This document shows, in pieces, positions 48,933 to 57,958 of a DNA stretch of 64,000 nucleotides (its first letter is position 1; the number at the start of each line of letters is the position of its first letter). Position numbers and translations under genes: made by a program. This DNA is from a virus, in the IMG/VR virus record IMGVR_UViG_3300016476_001289; one strand, 5' to 3'. The notes under the pieces are model-generated. The model was not told the origin of the DNA. It saw only the letters and a program-made list of their open reading frames with translations, and made no database searches.

Positions 48933-50249
48933 ATGGATAGATATGCTTATCGAGCACCTGCACAAGATTTAGCAGGTGTTAAGACATGGGTAGAAAAAGA
49001 AAGAGCTAAAGGAAAAGCACCTGAAAAAGGTAGAGAACAATATGAGGATGGGAAACCTCAAAGAGATAGAGTATTGCCTTTACCTAGTGGTCATCCTAAA
49101 GGAAGAGATGTAGAAAAGTATGCACCTGGTGCTATGAATACACCTAGTGATAGTCAAGATAGTCCTTTAAAACCATCTCATTCTTATGCTAAGTCTAATA
49201 AACCTATGGGTAAGCCTTTACACGAGTCCCCAAGAACTACGGGTGTCCCTGGAGAACAATATGGTCACCCTTATATAGATATGGGAACTATTGTAAACCA
49301 AAGAAGGACAATGACAGCTAGTGAAGATGAAGATATTGTCATGGGGGATATAAATTTTAGGACACATCCTCAATATACAGATAGACAAAGAAAACAACAG
49401 GGTGAAGCTAAGAGATATTATAAGCGATGGTATAGGGAGAATAAGAGAGATGTTAAAAGGAGAATGAAGAGATATAATAGAGAGAATAGGGTGGATATAA
49501 AGAGATATAATAAGAAGAGAAATGATGAGCCTGAAAAACATACAAGAATAAAGCCATTTGGAGTTAGGTCTATGAAAGAAAGAAACAAAGAAGCTATGGC
49601 TATAAGAGTAGCAAGTATGTATATAGAAGCTAGACCTAAAACAGGACCGGGTAGTCATAGTGGACCAGGGGTTAAAAGAAGAAAACCCATGAGAGGTATG
49701 GCTAAACTTAAAGCAAGACAAAGTTATATTCGTAACAAAATAGATCGTTTGAAATATCAAAAACACTACTACAAAAAAAACAAAAGGAAAATACAGATGT
49801 ATCGTAAAGCAAGTGATAAAAAGTTAATGTACTTACAAATGTTATTGAGTGGGTTAAGAGCTGCTCACTTCGCACATTGGACTACACATTGGCAAGTACA
49901 AGGTCAATCATCTTATGGTGATCATTTACTTATGGAAAGACTATATACAGGATTAGTAGATGAGATTGACACATTAGCTGAAAAACTAGTAGGTGAATTT
50001 GGACCAGGTGCTGTTGAACCTGAAAGTCAAGTAACTCAAATGTCCGTCTATATTAAAGGTTTAGTTAATTTAGAACAAGACCCTATTTATAGAGCGATGT
50101 TAGTAGAAGAAGGCTTACAACAATTATTCACTTATGTATATAATAAACTTGAAGGACAAATGTCATTGGGTTTAGACGATTATATTATGAGTACAGCTAA
50201 TACTCATGAAACTAATGTTTATTTGTTAAGACAGAGGACAAGTAAGTAA
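48933..50249 (+). CDS. basic low-complexity protein with C-terminal Dps/ferritin-like domain
   Basis: HWTTHWQVQGQSSYGDHLLMERLY...DTLAEK...HETNVYLL. Confidence 0.75.
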   Translation: MDRYAYRAPAQDLAGVKTWVEKERAKGKAPEKGREQYEDGKPQRDRVLPLPSGHPKGRDVEKYAPGAMNTPSDSQDSPLKPSHSYAKSNKPMGKPLHESPRTTGVPGEQYGHPYIDMGTIVNQRRTMTASEDEDIVMGDINFRTHPQYTDRQRKQQGEAKRYYKRWYRENKRDVKRRMKRYNRENRVDIKRYNKKRNDEPEKHTRIKPFGVRSMKERNKEAMAIRVASMYIEARPKTGPGSHSGPGVKRRKPMRGMAKLKARQSYIRNKIDRLKYQKHYYKKNKRKIQMYRKASDKKLMYLQMLLSGLRAAHFAHWTTHWQVQGQSSYGDHLLMERLYTGLVDEIDTLAEKLVGEFGPGAVEPESQVTQMSVYIKGLVNLEQDPIYRAMLVEEGLQQLFTYVYNKLEGQMSLGLDDYIMSTANTHETNVYLLRQRTSK

Positions 50250-51052
50250 TGTTAAAGACAAGTACTATACAAATGGCACGGATAGCTAAAAGTGTCATGA
50301 GAGAGAATAATTTAAGAGTGGGTGGAGATATTACAGGTCTTCATTCCTTAATCTTTGCTAGGGCGATGTATCCAAAACAATTAACAGCAGCATTAAGATC
50401 TGTAGGTTTTAGAACTGCAGATGTTAATTTTTGTGAAGCAGATGAAGAACTTTGTGAAGGTAATGTTGGTCTTGCCCGTATAGATATGCCAGTATTAGAT
50501 AATGAAGAAGGTTTAGCAGGTCCTGGTATGGGTTATCTAGATGAAGTAACAATGCTATTACAAAAAGGTATGTTAGATATATATAATGTACCTGCTTTAG
50601 GTGAAGCTAAACCTAGTTATCTAAGAAGTGGTTTAGGATTGAATGAAAATAAAGTAACCGTTACTCATAAACCTGTTAATGTAAAAGAATTAAAAGCGAC
50701 ACAAAATCAATTATGGTTAGGTAAAGCTATTTCGATGGCACTTAATAATGATGGTTTAGATGAAGTCTTAGTATTATCTAAAGATAAATATGTAATAGAT
50801 GGACATCATAGATGGGCAGCATTATTATTACTTTCAGAATATTCAAGAGAACAACTAGCTAGAATTTTGCCTATGGCACAACATAATAACACAGAAAAAG
50901 TACAATTCCTCTTTGACCAATATAAAAGATTACCTTCTGTTAAATCTAAAAGACAAATGGCAAATTGTGCAATATTTAATTTAGGATATAAGAGACTCCT
51001 TGCTGTCATGAATGCTTATACGGATGCTAAAAATATCACTAGAAAGCCTTAA
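50249..51052 (+). CDS. ParB/Srx-like domain protein
   Basis: LKATQ...LSKDKYVIDGHHRWAA. Confidence 0.7.
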   Translation: MLKTSTIQMARIAKSVMRENNLRVGGDITGLHSLIFARAMYPKQLTAALRSVGFRTADVNFCEADEELCEGNVGLARIDMPVLDNEEGLAGPGMGYLDEVTMLLQKGMLDIYNVPALGEAKPSYLRSGLGLNENKVTVTHKPVNVKELKATQNQLWLGKAISMALNNDGLDEVLVLSKDKYVIDGHHRWAALLLLSEYSREQLARILPMAQHNNTEKVQFLFDQYKRLPSVKSKRQMANCAIFNLGYKRLLAVMNAYTDAKNITRKP

Positions 51053-51105
51053 TATATATTAAATATTTGATCTTATATAAAACCTGCTAAGGAGACATAT
51101 AAGAA

Positions 51106-52533
51106 ATGTTAAATAAAGTAGCTAGACTTCTTTTAAAAGAGATTAAAAATAATGCACCTGAAGCTAGATTAAAAAAGATAGCTAAAGTTCTATACAAAAT
51201 GGCAGTTGATGCATCATATAAAGATGCGGTTATAGATAACTTCATTAGTTTGTTTTATGGATTAGATGAAGAATTACTTCTAAATGCTATACAAGTATAC
51301 TCAACAGGTTTATGGTTATCTGATACTGACATAGATAAATTCACTACTATAGAAAATAAGGCAGATCAAAATAAAATACAAAATATTAAAAATGCTTTAA
51401 AAAGTTCTCAATATAGAATGAATGTTGAAAAAATAGGTAAACTTGCTAATGACCTTATTGAAAAGAACACACGCATAAAAAATTTTGTTATGCCTATAGT
51501 TAGAACAAAGATGGGAACTATTAAATTACTCGTTCAGAATAATGCAACAAGAAGTAGTGTAAACTATACTTTTGAAACAACTTTTCACTTTGCACATAGA
51601 GCATACCTAAGAGAATTTTCAGCTACTGAAATTAAAAATGCAGTATCTGAATTAGTACTTGCCTATTGGTCTAATAAATCTAAAATAAAAAGCGCAATAA
51701 GTTCTAATAATGAGGGTTATGTATACACTACACTAAAGAAAAAAACAGATGCCGGTACACCTGTCACACTAGTATACGACTTTAAAAACCCAAATGAAAA
51801 TCAAATTACTCTAATAACTATTTATCCTGATGAGAATAATGACCCCACTTTAAAGGATTCAGAGTTTAACAGGGGTTTTAGCATTGATGGATATACTCCA
51901 CCTTATTTATTAGGTGCTAAAGAAAAAGCTGAAGTTAAACCTAAAATTGAAGTAAAACCTGAAGTAAAACCCATTATCCAATTAGATGTAAATCACATAG
52001 AGAAAACAAAAGAAAATTTCCTATATAGTATACCTAAGAATAAAGAACCCAAACCAAGAGCTTTTTCACCTCGTTGGATAGATGGTAATATTCCACCTAG
52101 TGAAAGTTTACCTGAAAAAGAAAAAGAAAAATATAGTGTCCTCATAAGGAATTTCCCAAGTTCTTTGACTTATGCTGTTGGGGAAGAAAATGTAAATAGA
52201 ATAGGTCAAAGATTATGTATTGTCTTGAGAAAATGGAGTAAAGAAAAATCTTTTGGTTTGAAAGTCCAAATCCCATGTAAAGGTTGTAGAGATATTACCA
52301 CAGGTGAACCTACGACACCTTATGTCTATGTACTCTTAAACTTAAAATTGGGTTTGATTCTCCCAGCAAACAAAATACCTGTTTATGATATAGTGAATTA
52401 TTCTTTTATTGATGCACCCGAAACTCAAGACCCTAAAGCATTTTGGAGTCTTAGAACTATACAAAGTATCCCAGACCCACCATCAGCTATAAAACAAGCT
52501 AGAAGAAAATTATACAGCCCAAATATATGGTAA
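51106..52533 (+). CDS. hypothetical, probable virion protein
   Basis: 475 aa, AAGGAG SD; KVAR and KIAK leader. Confidence 0.6.
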   Translation: MLNKVARLLLKEIKNNAPEARLKKIAKVLYKMAVDASYKDAVIDNFISLFYGLDEELLLNAIQVYSTGLWLSDTDIDKFTTIENKADQNKIQNIKNALKSSQYRMNVEKIGKLANDLIEKNTRIKNFVMPIVRTKMGTIKLLVQNNATRSSVNYTFETTFHFAHRAYLREFSATEIKNAVSELVLAYWSNKSKIKSAISSNNEGYVYTTLKKKTDAGTPVTLVYDFKNPNENQITLITIYPDENNDPTLKDSEFNRGFSIDGYTPPYLLGAKEKAEVKPKIEVKPEVKPIIQLDVNHIEKTKENFLYSIPKNKEPKPRAFSPRWIDGNIPPSESLPEKEKEKYSVLIRNFPSSLTYAVGEENVNRIGQRLCIVLRKWSKEKSFGLKVQIPCKGCRDITTGEPTTPYVYVLLNLKLGLILPANKIPVYDIVNYSFIDAPETQDPKAFWSLRTIQSIPDPPSAIKQARRKLYSPNIW

Positions 52534-52938
52534 ATCACCTGACACACCTTTAAACATATCCCTATAATAATCAGGCTTCTTTTTTATTAAATTACTTTGA
52601 TGACTCGTATGTATATCATCTCTTCCCCACCAATTAGGTTTATTTGTATTTTTACTAAATAATAATCCCACCTCAAATCTCTCTTTAAGAGAGTCTTTAT
52701 ATCCTAAAGAAATCCACTTATTACATATAGCAATAGCATATTCACATAAAGCACCTTCATAACCTTCCCACATTTTTACAGCAGGGTGATTAAACCATGC
52801 ACCTTTTACCACACCCCTCTTCTTTGCATATAACACTTTTAAGATTTGATATGCTTCTACTCTCTGTTTACCTAATCTTTGCCTATCTAAAGCATTTGCT
52901 ATTTCTTCATAGCTTTTGTATGGAATGAATGTTTGCAT
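52510..52938 (-). CDS. pyrimidine-dimer DNA glycosylase/EndoV-like (MSMEG_6728-type)
   Basis: MQTFIPY, LDRQRLGKQRVEAYQIL, HPAVKMW, SHQSNLIKK. Confidence 0.85.
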   Translation of the reverse strand: MQTFIPYKSYEEIANALDRQRLGKQRVEAYQILKVLYAKKRGVVKGAWFNHPAVKMWEGYEGALCEYAIAICNKWISLGYKDSLKERFEVGLLFSKNTNKPNWWGRDDIHTSHQSNLIKKKPDYYRDMFKGVSGDLPYIWAV

Positions 52939-53024
52939 TTTTTTATCTGTCCTTTCATCTTTTTATTATATTTTTTTGTATAGTTAAAACCATTAACCCT
53001 CCCTTTCTTAAAGGAAAAATGTAA

Positions 53025-53417
53025 ATGCCATTACAGCACCAACATATCGTCATTAAGGCTTATGTAAAAAATACACCTATGACACCTGAAGCTATTGAAC
53101 AATGGCTTCTCGAACTTATTCCTGCTATTGATATGAAAATCCTAGCAGGTCCTTATTCTGTTTATCTTGATCGTGTAGGTAATAGAGGACTCACAGGTGT
53201 CGCTATTATTGAAACTTCTCATATCGTTGCTCATGTGTGGGATGAAGATAATCCAGGTCTTATTCAACTTGATGTTTATTCATGTAAAGAATTTGATAAA
53301 GAAACAGTATTTAAACACCTTGATAAGTTTGAAGTGGTTTCTGCTGAATGGTTTATGTTAGATAGAACTGATAATATTGTTATCACCGATCACCCTACAA
53401 AAGGTATCTCTTACTAA
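53025..53417 (+). CDS. speD: S-adenosylmethionine decarboxylase proenzyme
   Basis: GLTGVAIIETSHIVAHVW, LDVYSC. Confidence 0.8.
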   Translation: MPLQHQHIVIKAYVKNTPMTPEAIEQWLLELIPAIDMKILAGPYSVYLDRVGNRGLTGVAIIETSHIVAHVWDEDNPGLIQLDVYSCKEFDKETVFKHLDKFEVVSAEWFMLDRTDNIVITDHPTKGISY

Positions 53418-53474
53418 GATTAGTAATAGTATATTATATATATAATAATATAATAATACTCTAAGGAGTACATT

Positions 53475-54068
53475 ATGATTATTATACATCATGGACCAGG
53501 TGTCCAATCAGGCATAGGTGAATATGTCAATGAACTTAACTTAACTCAAGTTAAAGAAGCCTATGAGAAATTAAATGCAGAAGAGATAAGAAATCTTTGT
53601 GAAGATTTAAAACAATCTTATCCGTATCAAAATCCCTGTTTAATTGCTGGTCCGATAGACGATGCGGACCCCTCCCAATTAGACACTCTTTTAAAGATTA
53701 TTGAAGAACCTTTACCAAATACACCCATTCCCATCTTATGGGCTAATGATTTTGGTGCTATCCCTAACACTATCAGATCACGATGTGGTGAACGATATTG
53801 GTTCGATAATCAAACAGAACACCCTATGCTAGATAAAGCACTAGAATTTGTTAATGCCCTTAATTCTAAAGATAGCTATAAATCTTTCTCTATCTTAAAA
53901 TCAGTGGATAAATCTAAAGAAAGAGATTTTATAGATGCTCTTGCTGAAGCTCTTGTAGTTAAAAAACAATTTAAACTATGGGATACTATAAAACCTTATA
54001 CTCTCTCTAAGAGAGTAAGTCGTATAGGTTTATATTCACTATTCATAGAACTTGAGGAAAATAAATGA
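53475..54068 (+). CDS. clamp-loader delta-prime-like subunit (short)
   Basis: LLKIIEEP and TIRSRC (SRC motif). Confidence 0.75.
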   Translation: MIIIHHGPGVQSGIGEYVNELNLTQVKEAYEKLNAEEIRNLCEDLKQSYPYQNPCLIAGPIDDADPSQLDTLLKIIEEPLPNTPIPILWANDFGAIPNTIRSRCGERYWFDNQTEHPMLDKALEFVNALNSKDSYKSFSILKSVDKSKERDFIDALAEALVVKKQFKLWDTIKPYTLSKRVSRIGLYSLFIELEENK

Positions 54069-54982
54069 AAATCCACCTTAATGGAGATTTTGAAGACCTT
54101 AAATACTTCAAATTGAAAAAACTCAAAGAAGAGAAAAACTCTAAGGGTTATGATATTAGGGAAGTAGAAAACAAAGAAGATATAGATCAAGCTATACAAG
54201 TAGGTTTATTTGATACTAGACCTGTTATTGTCATTATACATAATGCTAATAAGATCGCTAAATCAGACCTTGATAGAGTCTTAACCGCATCAGATAGTTT
54301 TGAACTTGTCCTAGTTGATAAAGGCACTGCTAAATTAAAAGCTACTCACCCACAACTTAAAACTGAAACCCTTGATGAACCTAAGAAACTTGAAGAGTGG
54401 TGTATTAAGTTTATACAAGACCATTTAAAGACAGATTATAATATCACCATAGAAGAGAATCTAGCTAGGGCTATTATAACTCGTGTAGGCACTGATTTAG
54501 GTCATATTGTCTTTGAGTGTTATAAGTATAGTTATCTTGCTAAAGATGGCAAATTAGAACCTAAAGATGTAGCTAGTGTTTTATCACAATTAGGTGATGT
54601 AGAAGGCACTAAACTTATAGATGCTATTAAGAGACTCTCTATAAGAGAATTTTTAACTATCTCAGGTGAAATGGGTAAATCTAAAATAGATCCGACAATG
54701 GGATTTATAGCAGGGTTATACACCTATAATGTGAGTATGTGGTTAGAAATAGCCTTATTATTAAATAAGGGTGTTTCACCTAAAGATATGGTGAACTATA
54801 TAAAAATGAATCCCTGGTTTTTAGAAAATATTTTAGTACCTGAAGTAAAAAATTTAGGGTTAGAAAGAATAAAAAAACTTGTGAAAATAGGTAGCCAATG
54901 TGAAATAGGAGTGCTCTCAGGGCAAAGAGATGTGTGGAACTGTTTTAAAACTAGAGTTATAGGTGTTATGAATTTTAAATAA
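54065..54982 (+). CDS. clamp-loader delta (HolA)-like subunit
   Basis: GLFD..VIVII, IITRVGTDLGHIVFECYK; coupled to the delta-prime-like gene. Confidence 0.7.
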   Translation: MKIHLNGDFEDLKYFKLKKLKEEKNSKGYDIREVENKEDIDQAIQVGLFDTRPVIVIIHNANKIAKSDLDRVLTASDSFELVLVDKGTAKLKATHPQLKTETLDEPKKLEEWCIKFIQDHLKTDYNITIEENLARAIITRVGTDLGHIVFECYKYSYLAKDGKLEPKDVASVLSQLGDVEGTKLIDAIKRLSIREFLTISGEMGKSKIDPTMGFIAGLYTYNVSMWLEIALLLNKGVSPKDMVNYIKMNPWFLENILVPEVKNLGLERIKKLVKIGSQCEIGVLSGQRDVWNCFKTRVIGVMNFK

Positions 54983-55032
54983 TGATATGTATGTTTTTAC
55001 ACAAGGTATAGTTGTGTATAGAATTTACCTAA

Positions 55033-56769
55033 ATGGAGAAGTATAAAATGTTAGAATTTTCAGATCATGCTATTAGTCTACTAGAAAACTATTACATGAT
55101 GGATGGTGAAAAAACCCCTTCAGAAGCATTTAAACGAGCTTCTGAAGCCTTTTGTGGTGGCGATAAAGAATTAGCTAGTCGTATTCTCTCTTATGTAGAG
55201 AATGGGTGGTTTATGTTCTCAAGTCCTATCTTATCTAATGCTAGACCAGAAGGACAAAAGAAATCAGGTCTTCCTATCTCTTGTTTTCTCACCTATGTAG
55301 ATGACTCTCTCGAAGGTCTTATTTCTCATAGTGAAGAATTAAGATGGATGAGTGTTATGGGTGGTGGTGTAGGTGGTCATTGGTCTAATGTTAGATCAGT
55401 ATCAGATAAAGCACCTGGACCTATCCCTTTCATTAAGACGATTGATAGTGATGTCGAAGCTTATAGGCAAGGTAAAACAAGAAAGGGCAGTTATGCTGCA
55501 TATATGGATGTCTCTCACCCGGATATTATTGAGTTCCTAAATATCCGGGTTCCTACAGGTGGTGATACTAATAGAAAGTGCTTTAATCTCAATAATGCTG
55601 TTAATCTCACAGATGCTTTTATGACAGCTGTAGTAGAGAATAAAGAATGGAACTTAATTGACCCCCATAGTAAACAAATTAAAGAAACATTACAAGCAAG
55701 AGAACTTTGGCAAAGAATTTTAGAAGTAAGATTTAGAACAGGTGAACCCTATTTCTTTTTTAGTGATACTGCTAATAAGCATTTGCCCCAACCCTTAAAA
55801 GACAAAGGGTTGAAAATTCATGGCTCAAACCTGTGTAACGAAATCTTCTTAGCGACAGATAAAGATAGAAGTGCTGTATGTTGCTTATCTAGTCTTAATG
55901 TAGAATATTTTGATGAATGGAAGAATACATCTATTGTAGAGGATTGTATTACCTATTTAGATAATGTCTTACAATACTTTATAGACAATGCACCACAACC
56001 ACAAATGAAGAGAGCAGTATACTCAGCTATCCAAGAACGATCTTTAGGTTTAGGTGCTATGGGTTTCCACTCTTATCTACAAAGAAAGAATATAGCATTT
56101 GAATCACCTATCGCTAAAGGTGTAAATAAGAAAATCTTCTCTCTTATTAAAGAAAGAGCAGTTAAACAGACTGAACTCTTAGCTAAAGAGAGAGGTGAGT
56201 ATTTAGATGGTGTAGGTTATGGTAGAAGGAATAGTCATTTATTAGCTATTGCTCCTAATGCAAATTCAGCTATTATTTTAGATACTTCACCAAGTATTGA
56301 ACCCTGGAAGTCAAATGCTTTCACCCATAGAACAAGAGCGGGTGCTTTCTTATCTAAGAATAAGTATTTAGATAAGATTCTCATAGAGAAGAATATGCCT
56401 AAAGAAGAGTATGATGCTATATGGCAATCTATCATTTTGAATCAAGGGTCAGTTCAACATTTAGAGTGTTTAACTGATTATCAAAAGGCTGTGTTTAAAA
56501 CAGCATTTGAATTAGATCAAATGTGGTTAATTGAACATGGTGCAGATAGACAAGAGTTTATCTGTCAAGGTCAATCATTAAATCTGTTTTTTCCGGCAGG
56601 TAGTGATAAGGCATATGTAAATGCTGTTCATTTATCAGCATGGAAGAAAGGATTAAAGGGGTTGTATTATTTAAGAACAAGTACGGGTGTGGTAGCTGAA
56701 AAAGTATCTACCAAGATAGAAAGAAAAGCTTTAAAAGACTATGATGAGTGTGTTGCTTGTCAAGGGTAA
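55033..56769 (+). CDS. nrdA: class Ia ribonucleotide reductase alpha subunit (no ATP cone)
   Basis: SSPILSN, SCF, GGGVG, SNLCNE, CCL, APNA, LYYLR, terminal CVACQG. Confidence 0.95.
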   Translation: MEKYKMLEFSDHAISLLENYYMMDGEKTPSEAFKRASEAFCGGDKELASRILSYVENGWFMFSSPILSNARPEGQKKSGLPISCFLTYVDDSLEGLISHSEELRWMSVMGGGVGGHWSNVRSVSDKAPGPIPFIKTIDSDVEAYRQGKTRKGSYAAYMDVSHPDIIEFLNIRVPTGGDTNRKCFNLNNAVNLTDAFMTAVVENKEWNLIDPHSKQIKETLQARELWQRILEVRFRTGEPYFFFSDTANKHLPQPLKDKGLKIHGSNLCNEIFLATDKDRSAVCCLSSLNVEYFDEWKNTSIVEDCITYLDNVLQYFIDNAPQPQMKRAVYSAIQERSLGLGAMGFHSYLQRKNIAFESPIAKGVNKKIFSLIKERAVKQTELLAKERGEYLDGVGYGRRNSHLLAIAPNANSAIILDTSPSIEPWKSNAFTHRTRAGAFLSKNKYLDKILIEKNMPKEEYDAIWQSIILNQGSVQHLECLTDYQKAVFKTAFELDQMWLIEHGADRQEFICQGQSLNLFFPAGSDKAYVNAVHLSAWKKGLKGLYYLRTSTGVVAEKVSTKIERKALKDYDECVACQG

Positions 56770-56837
56770 AGAAACTTTCAAAAGGATTAAAAATATAATA
56801 CAATATAGGACTAGACTTTGATTTTTAAGGATTGTGT

Positions 56838-57950
56838 ATGTTAAGTTATATCTCTTTATTTAGTTGTGGTGGTGTAGGTTGTTATGGTTTTAAACAACAA
56901 GGTTTTGAATGTATTGCTACTAATGAATTATTAGCAAAGAGATTAAAAATCCAAAAAGTAAATAACAAGTGTAAATATGAAACAGGATATATTAGTGGAG
57001 ATATAACTTTAGATGAAACTAAAGAAGAAATTTCTAAAGAGATTGAATATTGGAAAGAACATGAAGGATTAAAAGAAGTAGATGTTGTGATAGCGACACC
57101 ACCTTGTCAAGGTATGTCTGTTATGAATCATAAGAAGAAAGGGAAAGAAATTCCTAGAAACAGTTTAGTGGTAGAAGCCATTAAAATGGTAGAGAGAATT
57201 AAACCTAAATTTTTTATCTTTGAAAATGTACCTACTTTTTTAAAATCTACTTGTTTAGACATAGACAATCAATTTAAACCTATACCACTAGCGATTAAAA
57301 ACCATTTAGGTGAAGAATATGATATTATTTTTGAGAAAGTAAATTTTTTAGCCTATGGTTCAAATTCTTCAAGAACTAGATGTTTAACAATAGGTAAAAG
57401 AAGGGATTTACAGGAATCTTTTTTTGATTCTATTCGTTTAGATGATTTCTTAAAAAGACAAAAACCTAAAACAATAAGAGAATGTATAGGTCATTTACCA
57501 TCACAAGAGAGTGGTGAATATTGGGAAGAAGATTTGCTACATTACAGCAATAAATTACCCGATCATCATATTTATTGGTTTGAGAAAGTAAAAGAAGGAC
57601 AAACAGCATTTGAACAAGATGATGTTTCAAGAAGACCCAATGTGACAAATAAATTAGGTGATAAATTTTTTAGATGTTATTGGGATAAACCTGCACATTG
57701 TGTTCATACTGTTTCTTCAAATTTAGGTAGTCAAAACACAGGACATCCTAAAGACAATAGGACTTTCTCAATTAGGGAACTTATGATTTTCCAAACCATA
57801 CATAATGAATTTAAGTGGTTTGAAGAAGATATTACTAAAGAAAATGTAAAAAAACATAACCATAACATTAGAGAATGTATTGGTGAATCCGTCCCTACTG
57901 CAATTTTTAGTCAGATTGCACAAAACATTAAAACTATTTTAGAAAGGTAG
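56838..57950 (+). CDS. DNA (cytosine-5)-methyltransferase inserted between nrdA and nrdB
   Basis: FSCGGVG, TPPCQGMS, FENV, SSRTR, RTFSIREL, IGESVP. Confidence 0.9.
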   Translation: MLSYISLFSCGGVGCYGFKQQGFECIATNELLAKRLKIQKVNNKCKYETGYISGDITLDETKEEISKEIEYWKEHEGLKEVDVVIATPPCQGMSVMNHKKKGKEIPRNSLVVEAIKMVERIKPKFFIFENVPTFLKSTCLDIDNQFKPIPLAIKNHLGEEYDIIFEKVNFLAYGSNSSRTRCLTIGKRRDLQESFFDSIRLDDFLKRQKPKTIRECIGHLPSQESGEYWEEDLLHYSNKLPDHHIYWFEKVKEGQTAFEQDDVSRRPNVTNKLGDKFFRCYWDKPAHCVHTVSSNLGSQNTGHPKDNRTFSIRELMIFQTIHNEFKWFEEDITKENVKKHNHNIRECIGESVPTAIFSQIAQNIKTILER

Positions 57951-57958
57951 TTTAAAAA

